25,023 nt of DNA, taken from contig JAYTHY010000101.1 of the NCBI GenBank assembly GCA_043732185.1, positions 1 to 25,023 on the forward strand, read 5' to 3'. The translations under genes and the position numbers were made by a program. Position 1 is the first letter of the stretch; every line of letters begins with the position of its first letter. The notes beneath the pieces were generated by a model. That model was given only the letters and a program-made list of their open reading frames with translations. It was not told where the DNA came from and ran no database searches. Shown in pieces: positions 24,258-25,023 of this stretch. The DNA is from Fibrobacteria bacterium. Lineage in GTDB: Bacteria; Fibrobacterota; Fibrobacteria; UBA11236.

Positions 24258-24932
24258 TTATTTCTTTTTGTCCGGAATCATTACGAACTCGTGGAAATTC
24301 TCCGGTGAGATTACTTTGAATTCGCTACCCGGGTAGGCTTCGAGGAATGGCTTAGGGTTTTTGGCCTTGGCTTTCGGATTCCATTTGAATTCGTAGGCGT
24401 GCAGCTTGCCGTCGTATTCTTCGATGTAGTCGATTTCTTTTTGGGTGTGGGTGCGCCAGAAGTATGGGTTCACGTGCTTTTCATGATAGGCCAGCGTTTT
24501 CATGCGTTCTACGATACAGAAATTCTCCCAGAGCCCGCCCGTATCGGCCCGTAGTGAGATGGGGATAAAGTTCTGTATTAGGGAGTTGCGTATGCCCAGA
24601 TCGTAGAAATAGACTTTGCGACTGCGTTTGATTTCGTTACGCATGTTACGACTCAACGAGTGGAGTCGGAAGATCACGAATGCCTTCTCAAGTAGGTCGA
24701 TGTAGCGCTCCACGGTTTCGGGATTGCTGTTGATGAGTTGACCCACCTCGGGATAGGTGACTTCGTTGCCTACCTGCAAGGCCAAGGCGCGCAAAAGCTT
24801 TTCGACCAATGCTGGTTTGCGAATCTGCTGATAGGCCAAGATATCTTTGTACAGGGAACCATCGCACAGGTTGGCCAGAATTTTCTGCTCCATTCCCGGG
24901 CCGGTAACCACTTGCGGGTAATAGCCCCCCTT
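24258..24932 (-). pseudogene. 3' half of an AAA_14/DUF4143 ATPase gene (5' part missing)
   Basis: GGYYPQVV..., LALQVGNEV, TVERYIDLLEKAFVIF, KVYFYDLGIRN, GGLWENF, YFWRT..QKEIDYIEE...AYEFKW. An in-frame TGA at 24936-24938 lies directly upstream, and there are no Walker motifs. Confidence 0.8.
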
Positions 24933-25023
24933 GGGTCAGGTCAAAATGTCCGCTTAACCTCCACTAAAACGGGGCGAAGGAACGGACATAATGAGACAGA
25001 AATACCATAATCGGATAGCAATC

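Overview
Bacterial accessory-rich region. The host is probably Fibrobacterota or another FCB-group lineage, inferred from several secreted proteins with T9SS-like C-terminal tails and cadherin-like/RCC1 surface proteins. The centrepiece is an apparently intact ~6.4 kb integrated element (7392-13846). It is bounded by a perfect 17-bp direct repeat (TTTTATAAGATATAAAA) and carries paired TTGTTACT arm-type repeats at both ends. It encodes a tyrosine integrase, an RteC-like protein, an excisionase-like HTH protein, a rolling-circle initiator (phage gpII/X / Rep_trans-like), a Cys-rich protein and two secreted cargo proteins, with no recognisable conjugation or virion genes. It sits immediately upstream of the suhB start codon. 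Left of it are the right end of an IS66-family element, a lipoprotein, a 73-bp spliced copy of the nearby SelO-like gene, a DUF2239 gene, the mobile mystery protein A/B (HTH + Fic) pair with three phased 18-bp palindromes, an IS91-type remnant, a divergent SelO/YdiU-like gene, a receiver-only response regulator and suhB. Right of it are an AAA_14/DUF4143 ATPase, secreted proteins, a decayed vapBC pair, a large Ig/cadherin/RCC1 surface lipoprotein operon and a 5'-truncated second AAA_14/DUF4143 gene. No rRNA, tRNA or CRISPR array was seen. All family calls are by motif recognition only; no searches were run.
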